From Halocafeteria seosinensis (Eukaryota), in assembly GCA_001687465.1 (NCBI GenBank), contig LVLI01000200.1, positions 1-32,021 of the forward strand: a stretch of DNA of 32,021 nucleotides, in the 5' to 3' direction. The position numbers and the translations under genes were made by a program. The notes below the pieces were generated by a model. It was given only the letters and a program-made list of their open reading frames with translations. It did not search any database and had not been told where the DNA came from. This document shows, one piece after another, positions 1 to 13,100 of the stretch; the stretch's first letter is position 1, and each line of letters opens with the position of its first letter.

Positions 1-116
1 GCCGGGAAGTTGACCGCATCCTCTTAACGAGGAGCGGTATGCGCCCGTGTTAAGCAGCGACGGGCCCGCTGTTCCTGCAGCCTTGCTGACATGCGCCGTG
101 AGGGAACACAACACTG
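1..116. repeat. Dispersed repeat copy 1, inverted relative to 26947-27062
   Basis: Position i pairs with 27063-i. 112/116 bases match; the mismatches at 16, 96, 97 and 111 are all transitions. The match runs off the left window edge. Confidence 0.95.
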
Positions 117-788
117 GTTTTGCTCAGGAGGCATCGGAGGAGGAGCCATGCCTGCGCCCACAATGTCAGGTGTACCGTCAAGGCTCAGTCTGGCAGGAGA
201 AGACCCTGAGCCTACCACAGCGACGCCGACGCCAAGACCGGTTGCAGCAGCGCAAGCAGGATTAAGTGTTGTTCCCGACGCAACAGTTGTGACCAATGAC
301 ACCCCGCCGCCTGACGCGGGAGGCAGCTCCCCAGGAGTTCCGTCCACCTCAGTTTCGTCAACAAAGCCCAGATTGAAGTACATCTCCTGCTCGAGATCGA
401 AGAAGGTGCGGCTACCCAGGTCCTTCTGAAGCCACGAAATCGGTTCCCACGTCCGTGCTGTCTCTGGGTAGCCCTTCCAGTGGACGAGGATCCGCTTGTC
501 GTGGAGCCTGAAGTCGATAAACTTCTCGACATCGTCTACCGTGTGCGTAGCTCTAGGCTGCCAGTCTAAGCAAGACGAACCATTACCCACTGGGTTGTTT
601 GACGCGGTCTTAGTTAAGCGGTCGGCAGCCGAGTTTGAAGCCCTGCGTATGAACCTAATCTCTGCGCTCCTCACCATTGGGAGGTTCTTAAGGTGGAACC
701 ATTCAGTCCGTGCCCTCTCGTATATGGGGCCGTCCGGTGAATGCTGTGGAGGACCAATCAACGAGCTGCTGCATGCACGGTGCAGCAT
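24..788 (-). mobile_element. Chromodomain-encoding ORF, probably the 3' part of a retroelement or a decayed retroelement-derived gene, with RNase H-like motifs upstream
   Basis: DVEKFIDFRLHDKRILVHWKGYPETARTWEPISWLQKDL (~400-535) fits the chromodomain pattern VE-I-x-R...LVxWxGY...TWEP. IRFIRRASNSAADRL (~617-660) resembles the C-terminal RNase H motif. Window positions 1-116, which include the ORF end, are repeated at 26947-27062. The true 5' structure is unresolved. Confidence 0.6.
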
Positions 789-1624
789 GCACTGGTGTGC
801 GTCAAAGAAGGGGAGGGGATGCCACGCAAAGAATCCGCCGTCATGACAAGATAGCAGTGGAACTGGGGAACTGCATCCGCACGAGTCAACTGCCAGAGTG
901 GCCCAGAGAGTGTGTATTCAACTTCAACTATAGTAAGTACCCGTTAGCCGAGGCTACGCCTCCCTTCATACACCGTATTGGGCATTACTAAATGCAACCA
1001 CTTGCGCAGCATTCTGCAGTTGCTCCGCTGCACCGAACAGCTGTCAGTGGAGCGAGATGCTCGTAGACCCGCGAAACGAAGGAGAAGCGAGGCCAGTCAT
1101 GGACCTGGTAGTAAAACGCCCACCAAGCACAGTTCATGTCGATGCGACAGTGCCAAACCCACTCACAGGATACATACTAGCCAGGACAACGGGCGCGGCA
1201 GAAGCGGAGAAGTTAACATGGAATTCCTTCTGATTCTTCGGTTTTACCGTTACAGGCACGGCGTCCTCGGGCTTCCTGGTGCCGGCAGGCCTCGACCCCA
1301 GACACATACGGGTCACAAACAGGTTTATCCCTTGTTTACTGGGTTCAGACCGTGTAGCTTCGTCAAAACTCATGTCTTGCTCATCCTTCGTCGTCCTAGC
1401 GACTCTATGAAATACCGGCAAGGCTCAAGTTTGAGCCTGAAAGGAAAGGTAAAGGCGGGAAAAGAAACATTTTCTTTTCTTTGCAACGGGATACAAGTTA
1501 TTCAGCGCATTTATACTGCTTAAAGAGGTCCCACATTGTTTTCACAACGTTAGGTGAAGTAAACCGCACTACCTGTTTCTGCGGCAGGTGAGGAGGCCTT
1601 CCATACAACGGCGGTAGTGGGGCC

Positions 1625-4600
1625 ATGTTGAACCTCTTCTCTGCAGGAACCCTTGCTTTGGGGTTCATCTATGCTTTTTGTTGTTTCTCTGTGGGGGAAG
1701 CCATAGAGGGATCCCGATCCCTCGACGCTGCTATAGGAGCCACTTCAGGTTTTCATCTGGATACCCTAATTCCACAGCAAGCAAAGGCCACGAGAAACAC
1801 CAAAGTCACGCCCATTGGCCCATATGCTCTATCTGGTACACTCGACCTGGGCCAGAAGCGACGAGAACTAAATGAGAATCATGTTGAGCTGTTTCGGGAT
1901 CTCACGGCAGATGAAGAAGTGGCCCACGACACCATTGTGAATGGAATTGGGGCCTCAGGCTCAGAAATACATACTTCCATAGAAGGCAGTGGTCCCCAGA
2001 CCAAGGAATACGATGTCCAGTTGGAATCGAACGGGGTGGTGCAACAAGTGGACGATTTGACTGTGATCGGGGAGCAATCCTGGATTAACGTGACCAAAAT
2101 GGGAACAACAGCAAAGCTAGTCATTGATGCTTCTACTTTACCTGGCGGTACATACAGGGCAAAAGTGGCTTTTATCTCACCGGGTTCTGTTGCCCTACAA
2201 GGCGTTGTCAATATTACTTTGGACAGAGCAGTGGCAGAGCTACAAGTGTTTCCGAAGGTGGTCAACCAAGTTGTTTCACCAGGTGCAAATGCAACTGTCG
2301 CCATCGTCCTTTTCAACAAAGGAAACCATCCCGTGTCTCCATCTGTGGAAGTCGTCGCCGATGGAGAGATCGAGACACTGACTACCATCAACCCTGCCCA
2401 ATCTACACTTCATTGGTACTCAGGTGAAGTGGTAGACGATTCCAATATCCAAAATTTGGTATCGGCCACCAGAGCAGAACTCAAGAGCGTAGGAGCAGGG
2501 CAGTTTGCCACAATCGTTTTGGATTTGCAGACGTGGGCGCTCGCAAAGGGAGAATACCAAGCCAGCGTAGAGTTCGTTGTTGATCACCCAGATCCTGAGC
2601 AAAGGGATATAACTATTCCTATCAACCTCGATATTAGTTCGGTACAAATATGCCCTGCAGTATTGGAAACAACTATTGCCGCAAAAAGCACGAGGGTAAG
2701 AAAATCGAAGAGTATTGCTTCGTGACTAGTACAACACACTACTGTTTGTTATGCAGAGTTTTACAAATATGCCGTTCACGCTGATTAATTTAGACACAGA
2801 CAATCAAATCCAAGTTGGTCAGAACGCAAGCGAACTGCCTGCTTTTGTTAATCTCCCACAGATGCCGACGGAATTGCGGCCCTCTATTCCAACAGGAGCG
2901 ACAGCTGTCACATCCTACAACACTCAGAACTTTCCCATTCCCGGTGATTATTCTGGGAAGATTAGAATCACTGCTCGCACAATTGGCATAGACGATGAAC
3001 CGAGAAACATTATGGTTGCCGTTTCAGCTGTAGCCGGTATTCCCAGCGCTACTCAGACTCGAGTAATCAACAAGCAGCATGTTGTGTTCCCTATTAATGA
3101 AAAGTTACCCGTAGGTATCATACTGAAAGATTCGATTGGAAACAACATATCAGAAAGCTCTCTGAGTCAGGCCGGAATAGATGGATTCTCGTTTTTGAAG
3201 GTGTGGATGCAAAATGGAGCTGAGACGAAACTGATCAACTCCCTCAACTACGACGAAGGCGCGTTCGCATTCCAATGGTTAGACGCAGAGGACTTCGGTA
3301 ACACCCGCATTCATGTGGAGGTGTTTGGACACCCGGTCAAGAATTCGCCCCTAAATTATTTTGTGACGAGTGCTCATTGCGCAGGCGTATACCAGCAGCG
3401 CGATAGCGAAGGAAAGACATGTGTGTGTAAACCAGGATATTGGGAAGAGAGAAACGTTGGAGTATGTAGACCATGCGCTGCCGGCTTCTATAATCCGGAA
3501 CCCAATTCAATGTGCCGACAGTGTCCCTCTGGAACATTTTCTGTGGGAGGAGCCACAGAGTGCATGGGATGTCCCACTGAAGGCGCGACATGTACAGAAG
3601 GAATAATTCGATTCTATCCGGGATATTGGTGGAATCCTCGCTATGATGCATCAGAAGTAAACCAGGACACAAGGTTCCACGAATGCCCAAATCCTGAGGC
3701 CTGTAAAATCTCTAACAACTCAGTTGTGTGCCAAAACGGCCACGAAGGCATATTATGCGCCACATGCAAGGACACCTATGAAGCCCAAGGGGTAGTGTGC
3801 GTGAAATGTAATCTGGGTTTGACCTATTTTGCAGCCTTCTGCAGTTTTCTGTTCGTCTTTTTAGCCCTTATGGTTATGCGCACAAAAGAGTTCGCAGACA
3901 GCAAAGCTGCTGGGATTTTTAGGATTTTCATCAGCTGGGCACAGATCACCGGACTCCTCGGAACTCTGATGATTAATCAAGCTCCTTCCGTCCGTACTTC
4001 TTTATCATTAGGGCATATTGTCAGTGGCTTCAGCTTTGATTTTCAACCAATTCGCTGTTTGACGAGATTTGACTTGTTTGAAAGAACATATGCTTACTTT
4101 CTGATGCCTCTCGTTACAATTGTGCTCTGTCTTCTCGTGGGTTGGCTGATGTATCTGTTTCGGTCGGACTATTCCTCGACTAATGTTTGCAGTGTGTTGT
4201 TTCCATGCTCACTAAAATACCAAAAGAAGATTCGGTCAGCTGTTCGTGATGCGAACAGTGGCCATCACCCGGTTGTAAAACCTGTCGTTAAGCAGTTACG
4301 GTTGTGGCAGGAGGTAGTACGGGAAATCAAAGGTTCAGTCTCCGTTATCCTTTACCTGGTTTACTTTCCGATATTGATGGGGCTGATAAGTGTGTGGGAC
4401 ACCTATCCACACTTAATTAACGGAAGAAGACACTTAAATCAGGACTTCTCCCTTACCACGAGCCACAGTGAATATGCAGGAGCAGTCACGCTGGCAACGA
4501 TCGGCCTGCTATTGTACGCAATTGTTCTTCCGTTTATTTCACTTCGTGCCATTTGGAGACATCGGTTTAGCTTGACATCTCCAAAGCTTCGGGTGGCATG

Positions 4601-5411
4601 GGGTTTCCTTTATGAAGGATGCAAACTCACTCATGGACGCTTCCTTTGGGAATTTTTTGTCTTACTGCGCAGATTCTCCGCTGTAGTTTTGGTAACCTTG
4701 ATTCACGAACCTTTACTGCAAGCAACATGCTTTTTTTATCTCCTGGTTCTTTCGCTAGTCTTGCACCTGGCGGTTAAACCATACAAATCGGGATTAATGG
4801 AGGCGCTAGAGGCTCTTGGACTTGGCATACAAGCGCTTTCAGTACTGGCGATGATAACTGTTTCATCTACGCAGGAAACTCGTCTGGACACAATTCTAAC
4901 TAATCAGCAAGTCGAGGATGGAACAGCTGCGGCCATCATTTTTACAAACTGCGCGGTGGCTATAGTTCAAGGAATCGCCTTCTTGGCTGCTTTCAGTAGC
5001 AACATGAAGGAGCGGGTGGGGCATTGGAATCTCAGTTGCAAGCGTTTCTGCTGTGAGCAAGTGGCTTCACGGCTCTGTCGAGACTCTTACAGGAAGTATC
5101 TTCTCAAGAAGAAAAAGACACTACGTGCAGGAGATTTCCTTGACAAGGCCGAAGATAGTGGGACGACAGCCGGTTTCGTAAACGCAAACCCGTTATCTAA
5201 TGCTGATGTTGAATGCAAGAATGCTCCTGGTGAATCCAAAGCACAAGCAAATGAGGGTCGTATGGAAAGTGGCATGGCCTCAGAAAGCAAAAGATCTGTT
5301 CTAGGTTCTCGCTCCCGCCCTTCAAGCAGCAATCCATTAACTCAATACGCAAAGAGAGCAACAAAGAGAGGAGCAAAGCCACAAAAGACATCCACTACTC
5401 GTCGTACATAA
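1625..5411 (+). CDS. Large receptor-like membrane protein (~1241 aa): signal peptide, beta-rich Ig-like ectodomain, Cys-rich repeats, multi-pass TM domain, basic tail
   Basis: Exons 1625-2695 and 2757-5411. The intron 2696-2756 (GTAAG...GCAG, 61 nt, phase 0) joins the two ORFs in frame (AKSTR|SFTN). Hydrophobic N-terminus; CRPCAAGFY..CRQCPSGTFS..C..CP..GATC repeats; GH.GILCATC; WGFLYEGC...FLWEFFVLLRR and LHLAVKPYK motifs typical of protist GPCR-related/TRP-C-terminal-like proteins. Confidence 0.85.
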
Positions 5412-5508
5412 GAAGAGCCACTAAAAGGGAGCTCTTGTCGAATTCTTCAAGTGCTTCATCTAGGAGGATATCCACGGGAAACAACAAGAAAGGTAGCATA
5501 CGTATTTC

Positions 5509-7522
5509 TTACTCGATGACTATTTCTTTAGTTACTGAGTCTATGGCTTTTGCTGGATAATCCGGGAAAACTATTCCGGCAATAGTTTGTACCAGCCTCA
5601 CCTGTATCGAAAGCTACACACGTATAGGTTTCGTGCTCTTGCAGTTCGAAACGGTACTTACTACTTGGCAAGAGTAACCGAACTCGTTGTCGTACCTGCA
5701 TCCAACGGAGGTCTTCTTCTATCTAACAATACGACACAAACTCTTTACATACCAAACGTAGATGTTGACGGATTCCCCGTTCGCAATGGTGGCATGGCTA
5801 TCAACGATTGCTGTGTGGCTCTCGCCTACAAAGTCTGACGACACTCCATCCTGCCTTGATCATTAACTAGAGCTGCAATAAAAGCTCGACGTTTGAGGTG
5901 GTGGGGAGACGTCTTACCTGCTCGTGGGAGTATTCCAGCTGGCGATGAAGTCGGCCCCATGTGGACTCTGCAAACAGAAGACGATTTGCCTCCTCTCTGG
6001 ACACTGGCTTTTGCAACCTTAGAAACAGAAGCGCCATCGATACATCTGCTGTGGGGACTCTTATGGCATTTCCAGTAAGCTTGTGCTCCAACTGAGGGAT
6101 AGCCTTAGCCACAGCAGAGGCTGCTCCAGTCTCTGTGATTACCATATTTAGCGGTGCACTGCGCCCCCTACGAGACTTATCGTGATAATTGTCCAACTGT
6201 ATAATCAAAAGGTCTATAGGATGGACACACATCGCGCATTCTATCGCTGACCAGCTGTTGAGCTTACAAGGTTTTGGTCGTTCGTATAAGAGTGGACAGT
6301 TTCAACGTGACCAGACTGTTGATGCATGAACATTAATGCGGGTCAGATCACAATCTGGGACCCTCTCCTGTCTTACCTGGATACCAAACGCGTCATTCAT
6401 CACCTTAAGAACGGGAACGATGGCGTTTGTAGTACAGCTTGCTGCGCTGTAAACCGAATGTTCTGGAACGATCCTATCTTCGTTCACTCCCGCTACGACA
6501 GTCGGCACGTCACTACCCTTGACCGGAGCCGTAAGGACTACCTTGCTTACGCCATTAGCCTTCAGATGTCGTTCAAGGTTCTTCTTGTCTCGATATACAC
6601 CCGTATTGTCAACCACGATTGCATCCTGGGGAAGACATTAAGGGACACCTTAAACAAGCGCTGCGGGATTAGTTTAAAAAGACAAGGTGCAGCGACCTAC
6701 ATTGATGCCGTATGAGGTGTAGTCTACATTTTCCGGGGAGTCAGAATGGATTAAGTGGATGGCATTGCCATTCGCAATTATCAGATTGCGCTTCTTGTCG
6801 ACGGAGATAGTCCCTCGGAAACTCCCGTGCACGGAATCATGCGCAAGCAGTGTTGCTCGCTTTAAAAGCTCGTCTCCTTTCTTTTTGCGTACTACAATAG
6901 CTCGTAGTAGTAGTTTGACTCCGGCACCGGTCTTATCGATTAAGATGCGGGCGAGGAGACGACCAATGCGACCGAAACCGTAGAGTACGACGTCGCGAGC
7001 TTCTTGCATCGGATTTGGTCTCGAAATAGTTTTCTCAATGTCTGCAATTTCTTGCTGCATGCGTTTCACCAAAGCACTATGTTTATCTTCACAGCTCCTA
7101 CTTTCATCCCCAAAGATGTCTTTTAATTTCGTCACCAAGAGTCCAGCGTCAACACGAAATGGTTGCATTGAGATCTCGTGGACGGCTCGAAGAATCTGCC
7201 ATGTAGTGTCCAAGCTGATATTGCGGTCAAAGTGGTTGGCCGCAAACGCATGTAATCTCTGGAGCTCTGCAATTCCGAGGTTTGCGGTGGGACGTCCGCA
7301 GACGTTGACCACAATGTTCCGCCGGTACAATTCCCCAATGAGGGGCAATACGGCTTCAGCGGCCGCAGCACCTTCTTTCCATTCAGAAAGCAGAGCATCA
7401 CGCGTCGGAACGTCAATACTGTCGACCCTGCGGGAATTCTCGAGTTCGATCTCAGTTACAGTTCCCGAGGCTTTGGAGAACATTTCGGGAAGAATTGCCT
7501 CAATGTTGGTGGGCGACGACAT
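5509..7522 (-). CDS. GAPDH: Glyceraldehyde-3-phosphate dehydrogenase, long bacterial-type form with N-terminal extension (~540 aa, 7 exons)
   Basis: Exons 7522-6701, 6625-6377, 6315-6268, 6196-5918, 5850-5753, 5695-5662 and 5601-5509. All six introns are GT-AG (57-75 nt) and preserve frame. Motifs: VVLYGFGRIGR, HDSVHG, catalytic SAASCTTN, TVHSYTNDQNL, TETGAA, LTGNAIRVPT, WYDNEFGYS. The first ATG is at 7522; the ORF-track start at 7549 is GTG. Confidence 0.95.
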
Positions 7523-7944
7523 CTTAAACGAAGAAACCCCCGATAACACAATGCGGAGTTTCTGATCTCACAGTTTAAGAGGATTTGGAACTGACAATAC
7601 CGACGAACTACACTCAATGGGCACGAGAATGTCCCATTGTGGCCCCGCACAACGAGTTTTATTATGCAAAACTACACAAAGCGTTTAGATGAGGATTTTT
7701 TTGCGGGGCGAAATACTCCATGATACTCCTTTGGCATGTCGAAAGAGGGGTCATATAGACCGAATACATGTCAATGGTGCTTGTCAAGAGGTGTTTGTCC
7801 GAGTATACATGCCGATGTGGTTCAATTCAGGCGTATTCTAATCTCCGGGGTCTCTTTTTCGAGGACACAATGATCCATTAAAGCATTATACAGCACTTTT
7901 TTTCGAATGATATATACACGCAGAGAAACATAAGTGTTTCCATC

Positions 7945-9681
7945 ATGTGGTTTCGGTTCGCCATCTTCCGAGGGTTCAGCTTCAGCATAGGAGAAGGAGG
8001 AATCGGAAGGAACTGGGTACCGCTCTTACTTCCTCCCGTGATAACATGGATACAAGGATCTTCCGTTGCACTAGATAATGATGCACCAGGCGGTTCCGAA
8101 TCGGCATCATCACCCAGCTCCGTGTTCCCGTGGAGATGGACGGCCAAAGAGAAAGAGGACGTGTTTGGGGAATATGAGAATCGAATCCGATTTCATTCAG
8201 CTCCTGCTAAAGTATTCGAATATTTTGCATCGGTGCATAATGAGAAAACTAAGCAAAGTTTCATGGTCCCTCAGGATGTTCTTCGAGCCATCATTCCCTA
8301 TAATCCTCACGTACCAGCGGCGTCCAGAGTTCACTCTACCGGAAGTAACAACATTCACTTCCAGTTCAACGCGATTAAACAACGGGCTTCCCGAGTAAGT
8401 AAAAGACGAGGCTCTTCAGGAGCGACACCAGAATTGGCGTTCCCACCTTAAGTACCAACATTGTGATATTGGTTTTATTGCAGCGAACGAAGGATCACTA
8501 CAAGCAACTGCTACGACGCATTTGGGAAGACAAAGATGAGGAAGCCTTCCAGGAAGCCCGAGAACTGCGGCTCATGGCTGAGCAAAGTCAAAAGGAATCG
8601 ACTCCGAATGGACGAGCTGCCGTTGACCTATCAGCGCACGTGACGTGCCTCTCGGAATTGGGCATTCCCAATGGAGAATTCCAGAAGCATCTCAAGGCAG
8701 TCTTTGGTCCAACGGCGGATCTGATTTACGTTCGAGAAAAAGCTAATCACGAATTAACTGACTTATTAGATCAGGATCTGGATGGCTTGATTAGCTACAG
8801 TGAATTCATTCTCTTACTCAGCGTTTTGTCAAGTAAGTATTTTCTTGTCACCTGTTGCGAACTCTTTGGTCAGTGATATCTCCGGTGTGCCTACAGTTAA
8901 GACAAGTCGAGCACTTACGCTATTTAAAGTGCTTGACACGAGTGGAGACGGAAAGCTTGATCAGCACGAGTTTCAATTGCTACTCAGTACCATTAGAAAC
9001 AACACGCCGTTTGGACAACAAGTTGTTTCCGCGGAGAACTCCATTGGTGCAGTAATAAATAGGTGGACATTGTTCTTTGCGGAGGATGACGGCAAAATAT
9101 CTCCCAATACATTCTGTAATCTCATTGCTCAGGTTAAAGATGCGATTCTATGGGAGGAATTCAAGAGCTACGACACTCTTAACAAAGGCTATTTAACGCC
9201 TAAAGAGTTTGCTCGTTTTGCCACCAATTACTCCACGGCAGAATCGCGTATGGTATTCGAAGAAAGAATGCAAAGACTGTCATCCCGCTTTAATGAAAGT
9301 AAGATCACGTTTGATCAAGTGCGAGGATACAGTCGGCTAATGGAAAGGGCCGACCTACTTTATACCTCCCTACAGCTTCTCCTCAACGTTAGAGGGAAAG
9401 ATGCGGCTGGTGAGAAAACCTTGCAACGCGCTTTTAGTGCCGCGATGGCGGCAAAAGAGAGCACGGGGAGTCTAGATGGTGGAGAAAGCGACCTCAGCCT
9501 AGCACAGATACATGTGCTTCTAACATTATTTGACGATAATGGCGATGGAAAAATAAGCTTCGAGGAGCTGGTGGGGGCTCTAGAGCGTAAGAGAACGGGC
9601 CATCTATCCCATCCTCGTCAAGGTAAACTTTTACGTTCGAAGATGCGAAAAATCAAGGAGTGCATCAGGAAATATTGGTGA
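7945..9681 (+). CDS. MICU-family mitochondrial calcium uptake EF-hand protein (~527 aa)
   Basis: Exons 7945-8394, 8484-8832 and 8897-9681, joined by frame-preserving GT-AG introns of 89 and 64 nt. EYENRIRFHSAPAKVFEYFAS matches the MICU1-type N-terminal motif. EF loops DQDLDGLISYSE, DTSGDGKLDQHE and DDNGDGKISFEE. The Arg/Phe-rich N-terminus fits mitochondrial targeting. Confidence 0.88.
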
Positions 9682-10186
9682 GAAATTTAGGATACGGAAT
9701 GGCAGTAGATATGACACGGATCCGTGTCTTTGCGCGGACGGGATTGCGCAATGCGCATACCCGTTAACCGTTCTGCTCGCTCTATCTACTCTTATTAACA
9801 TACGACGTATGTAATGCGGTATTAACGTACTATTTGGCAAAATTTCGTAGCACTGTGTATAGCGGCAACGCGATAAAACAAGAGAGAAAGATTTTATTAC
9901 ATTACGGCCGAACTCTAGATAACAGAAGAGAAATCACCGCAAAGAGAAGAGTCTGTGAAACCCAATGTAGATGAAAAGGCGAAGATGGAAAGGGTACTAT
10001 ACACCACTTTCGATGGATAGTTTTCCGTCTGAACGACTGGTTTTCATGGCCTATTAATCGTCCATCTTAATTTGGGTTTCTTCTAGAAACGAGGACGCTG
10101 TGAACAACTAACTACAAGTAGCTTACACAACTGGACAAAAGGAATTAACGCTTGCATTGTCTAAGGGGACCGCAACGACTACATGA

Positions 10187-13100
10187 TCAGCTGAGCTGCC
10201 GCAAAGAGAGGTGAAGAATATCTTTACAGATACGTTTGAGTTCCCCAAAGCTCTTGTTTGACTCGCCATCACCATCTCTAGCTGCCACGGCTTGCGAGCA
10301 AACGCGCTCCAGTTGTGCCCGTAGTGTCGAAGGGGGCCTATCTTCGCTACAAGAAGTTTCACCGCCTAGAAAGGAAATCGCTTCATGCAGCAGCTCATCT
10401 GGTTCTACTCGTAGAGTAGATAAAATATTGATGAAGTACTCTGCAAACCAACCATATAAATATTCACAGTTTTGATTCCTCCGATCCCCGGTGAAACAAC
10501 TTACCTAAATCGCTCTTTAATTGTTTTGCCTTGAATGCCGAGTTCCAAGTTGTATCCATCAGACACTTCAACAAACACGCTGTGATGCCTCGGGCCATGG
10601 CAGCAATGAGAAATCGGGAGAATGCAGCACAGAGGGAGGAGTTATTGTTGTCGCTGTTCGGATCTAATCGCTCCAAGTCGCTATACGCGTTTCGCTCAAT
10701 AGAAGCAGCGCTTCTGGATTTCACTACGAGTTCGTGCAATATTGATTCATTTCCCCTTCCTAGCATTAGGTTGTTCGTCCATGCCTGAAGAAGAGCGTCG
10801 CATCCAAGTTGCATAAGGTCCTGTGGTGAAAACTCAGCGAGCCGAATTTTTCGAGCTAGTGCTGATGGTTCAAGTGTTTGAACGGCATTCATAAAGTACT
10901 CCCCTAAATGGACGACATAGTCACTAGGCTGTACACTTGAGGATTCCATGACCGTCTTCGATGGAGCTACGGCATGCTTGCAAATTTGTTGAGCAGGAAC
11001 GACATACGCGTCGTATAGGGAATTCAATATGCTGCGAAACGTCGGCGGAAGCTCGGAAGACACACGTAATTCGTTGCTAAACATAGCGATGTCCCGCACT
11101 CGTGATTTTAAGCCTGCAAATTCATCCGGATGCCCTTCGATCCAAACTGCATGGCCGATGCACATGGTAAAGTCTTTGGTTTTCTCTAGCAAGACTTGCT
11201 TTTCAGAATCAGTCTTGGCCCTGAATAGTTCTTGCAATAAGTGCCTTACAGCATGATATTGCAAACCTGTTTCCTGAGTCACTCTAAATTGAAAAGAATC
11301 TTGCTCTAGCAGTTCTTGACAGTATAACTGAAGTTGTCTCGACAAGTTTTGGCTCAGTAAATAGACTTTACTGTGGGCATCAACGTAGGAAAACAATTGC
11401 TCAATAACACGATTCCACGTGGATTCCGTTTCCTGCCCTTCTACATCGTCCGTATTCTTTCGAGACCTCATGTCTGGAACACTGTCCTCTTCATCCGAGG
11501 ATCCCAGCCAATCGTCATCGTCGTCATCTTTTTCTTCGTTGCCAGTGTGATTCGAAGTTCCAGCACTCTGGACGCTTGCGTTGTGTAAATTCGCTTGGTG
11601 GGCAACCTCATGTGCATCTGATTGAAGCCTTGCGCAATATTCGTCAACAATGCCCGTACATATTTTTTCAACCGAAGTTGCACCAGAATGCGAGCTGAGT
11701 GTTCCAATCCGGCTTAGTACTTTGGCGAATGTGCGCTCCATGCGCTCAGGCTTGAATCTTCCTTTCAATACATCTTTCACATCGTGGTCCAAAATTTGTA
11801 GCAGCATTCCAATTTCGCCTGCAATATAAGATTCCCTCTCATAGATACGATGGAGAATTGTCATGGGCAGTGCTGCAGCCGTCGATACCATACGCAGCGT
11901 TTCATCATGTAGTATATCTCCCTGCGAACCCTCCTTATCCCCATGAAGCAAGTATAATGACCCCAGGACGGCGCTGGCGCTTAGAGAAAACGCGAGCGTA
12001 CTGATTTGGTTCAATGGAGTAACATCAAAGCAAGACTGCCTTCGATCAGAAGCTTGCAGCATTTTTTGCATCTTCTCTGTCTTGGCGGAAGGGACTTCAT
12101 TTTCGAACGATGAGTGACATATTAAACTGTCCCATAAGGTACGTTCAAAACCGCCTAGTGCGTCGTCAGTCAATAAATCGTTCACGGGAACAATAGCACC
12201 GCCTTTCAAGTGAGTCTCCACCCACTGAGGAAGCTGACTGACAACACTTTCAAAGTCTGGATCAAGAGACTCGTATAATGTCAGCAAAATAGCCAGCAGG
12301 CTCGCATTTCCTCCACTACTTTCTAATACACGTTGTTCGCTCAACGGGTAATAGTGGTGATTTTCATTGAGAACACCAGATTCCATGAATAAGCGTCGAA
12401 AGAAACAGGCAGCTTTCAAAGGAGATGGGACGAGCCATTGACCACAATTTCCAAGCCAAGCAAGCTCCAGTGGTTCCAATGCATAGAGCTGTGGTCCTTC
12501 CGAAAAGTGAAGTGCATCTCCCTCCTGACCAGCTGCTAGCGATTGCATGATTTCGTCTACAGATGGTAGTCCTGCTTTATTCCACTCCTCGCGCTCCGAT
12601 TTGCTCAGTCCGCTTCTCATGCTTGTGAGTTGTACATTCCTCTCTTTCAGGGACCCATCGCTTGATGAGGCTAAGATGTTCATCAGCTGTCGTGAAACAA
12701 CGGCTCCCTGATTCTTGGCAATATGTTGGATCAGATTTGGAAGTCTCTTTAACTGGATAAACGCTTTCACGAGGCTCTTGAGTGCCTCTTCATCCTCCGA
12801 TGTAAGCGCATTGTGCAATACAGGCTCAATAGACTCTTCAAATCTTTGCTGGGCAAATTCTAAAATGCCTTGACCGGATGTCATGTTATTGTTGCGCATA
12901 TTGGGAGACAATGGCAGATGCTCGACCAAAGGGCCCAGGGTCTTCGTAGCACTGGTCAAAACCTGCAAGTACGCTGCCATTCGCTGCAGATCTTCCGAGG
13001 CAAATACATCCTCCATGTCTCTGATGTGGCGCTCCCACGTGACAGCATGTTGGAGTAGATCTCTGGACCCCATTACTCGTTGTTTCAGATTATGCAAACA

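Noticed and set aside
978..1523. 181-aa plus-strand ORF
   Set aside because: It has a non-ATG start and no recognisable motif, and it overlaps the better-supported minus-strand element.
5509..7522. Bacterial contamination as the source of the GAPDH
   Set aside because: It has six canonical spliceosomal introns of the same size as those in neighbouring genes.
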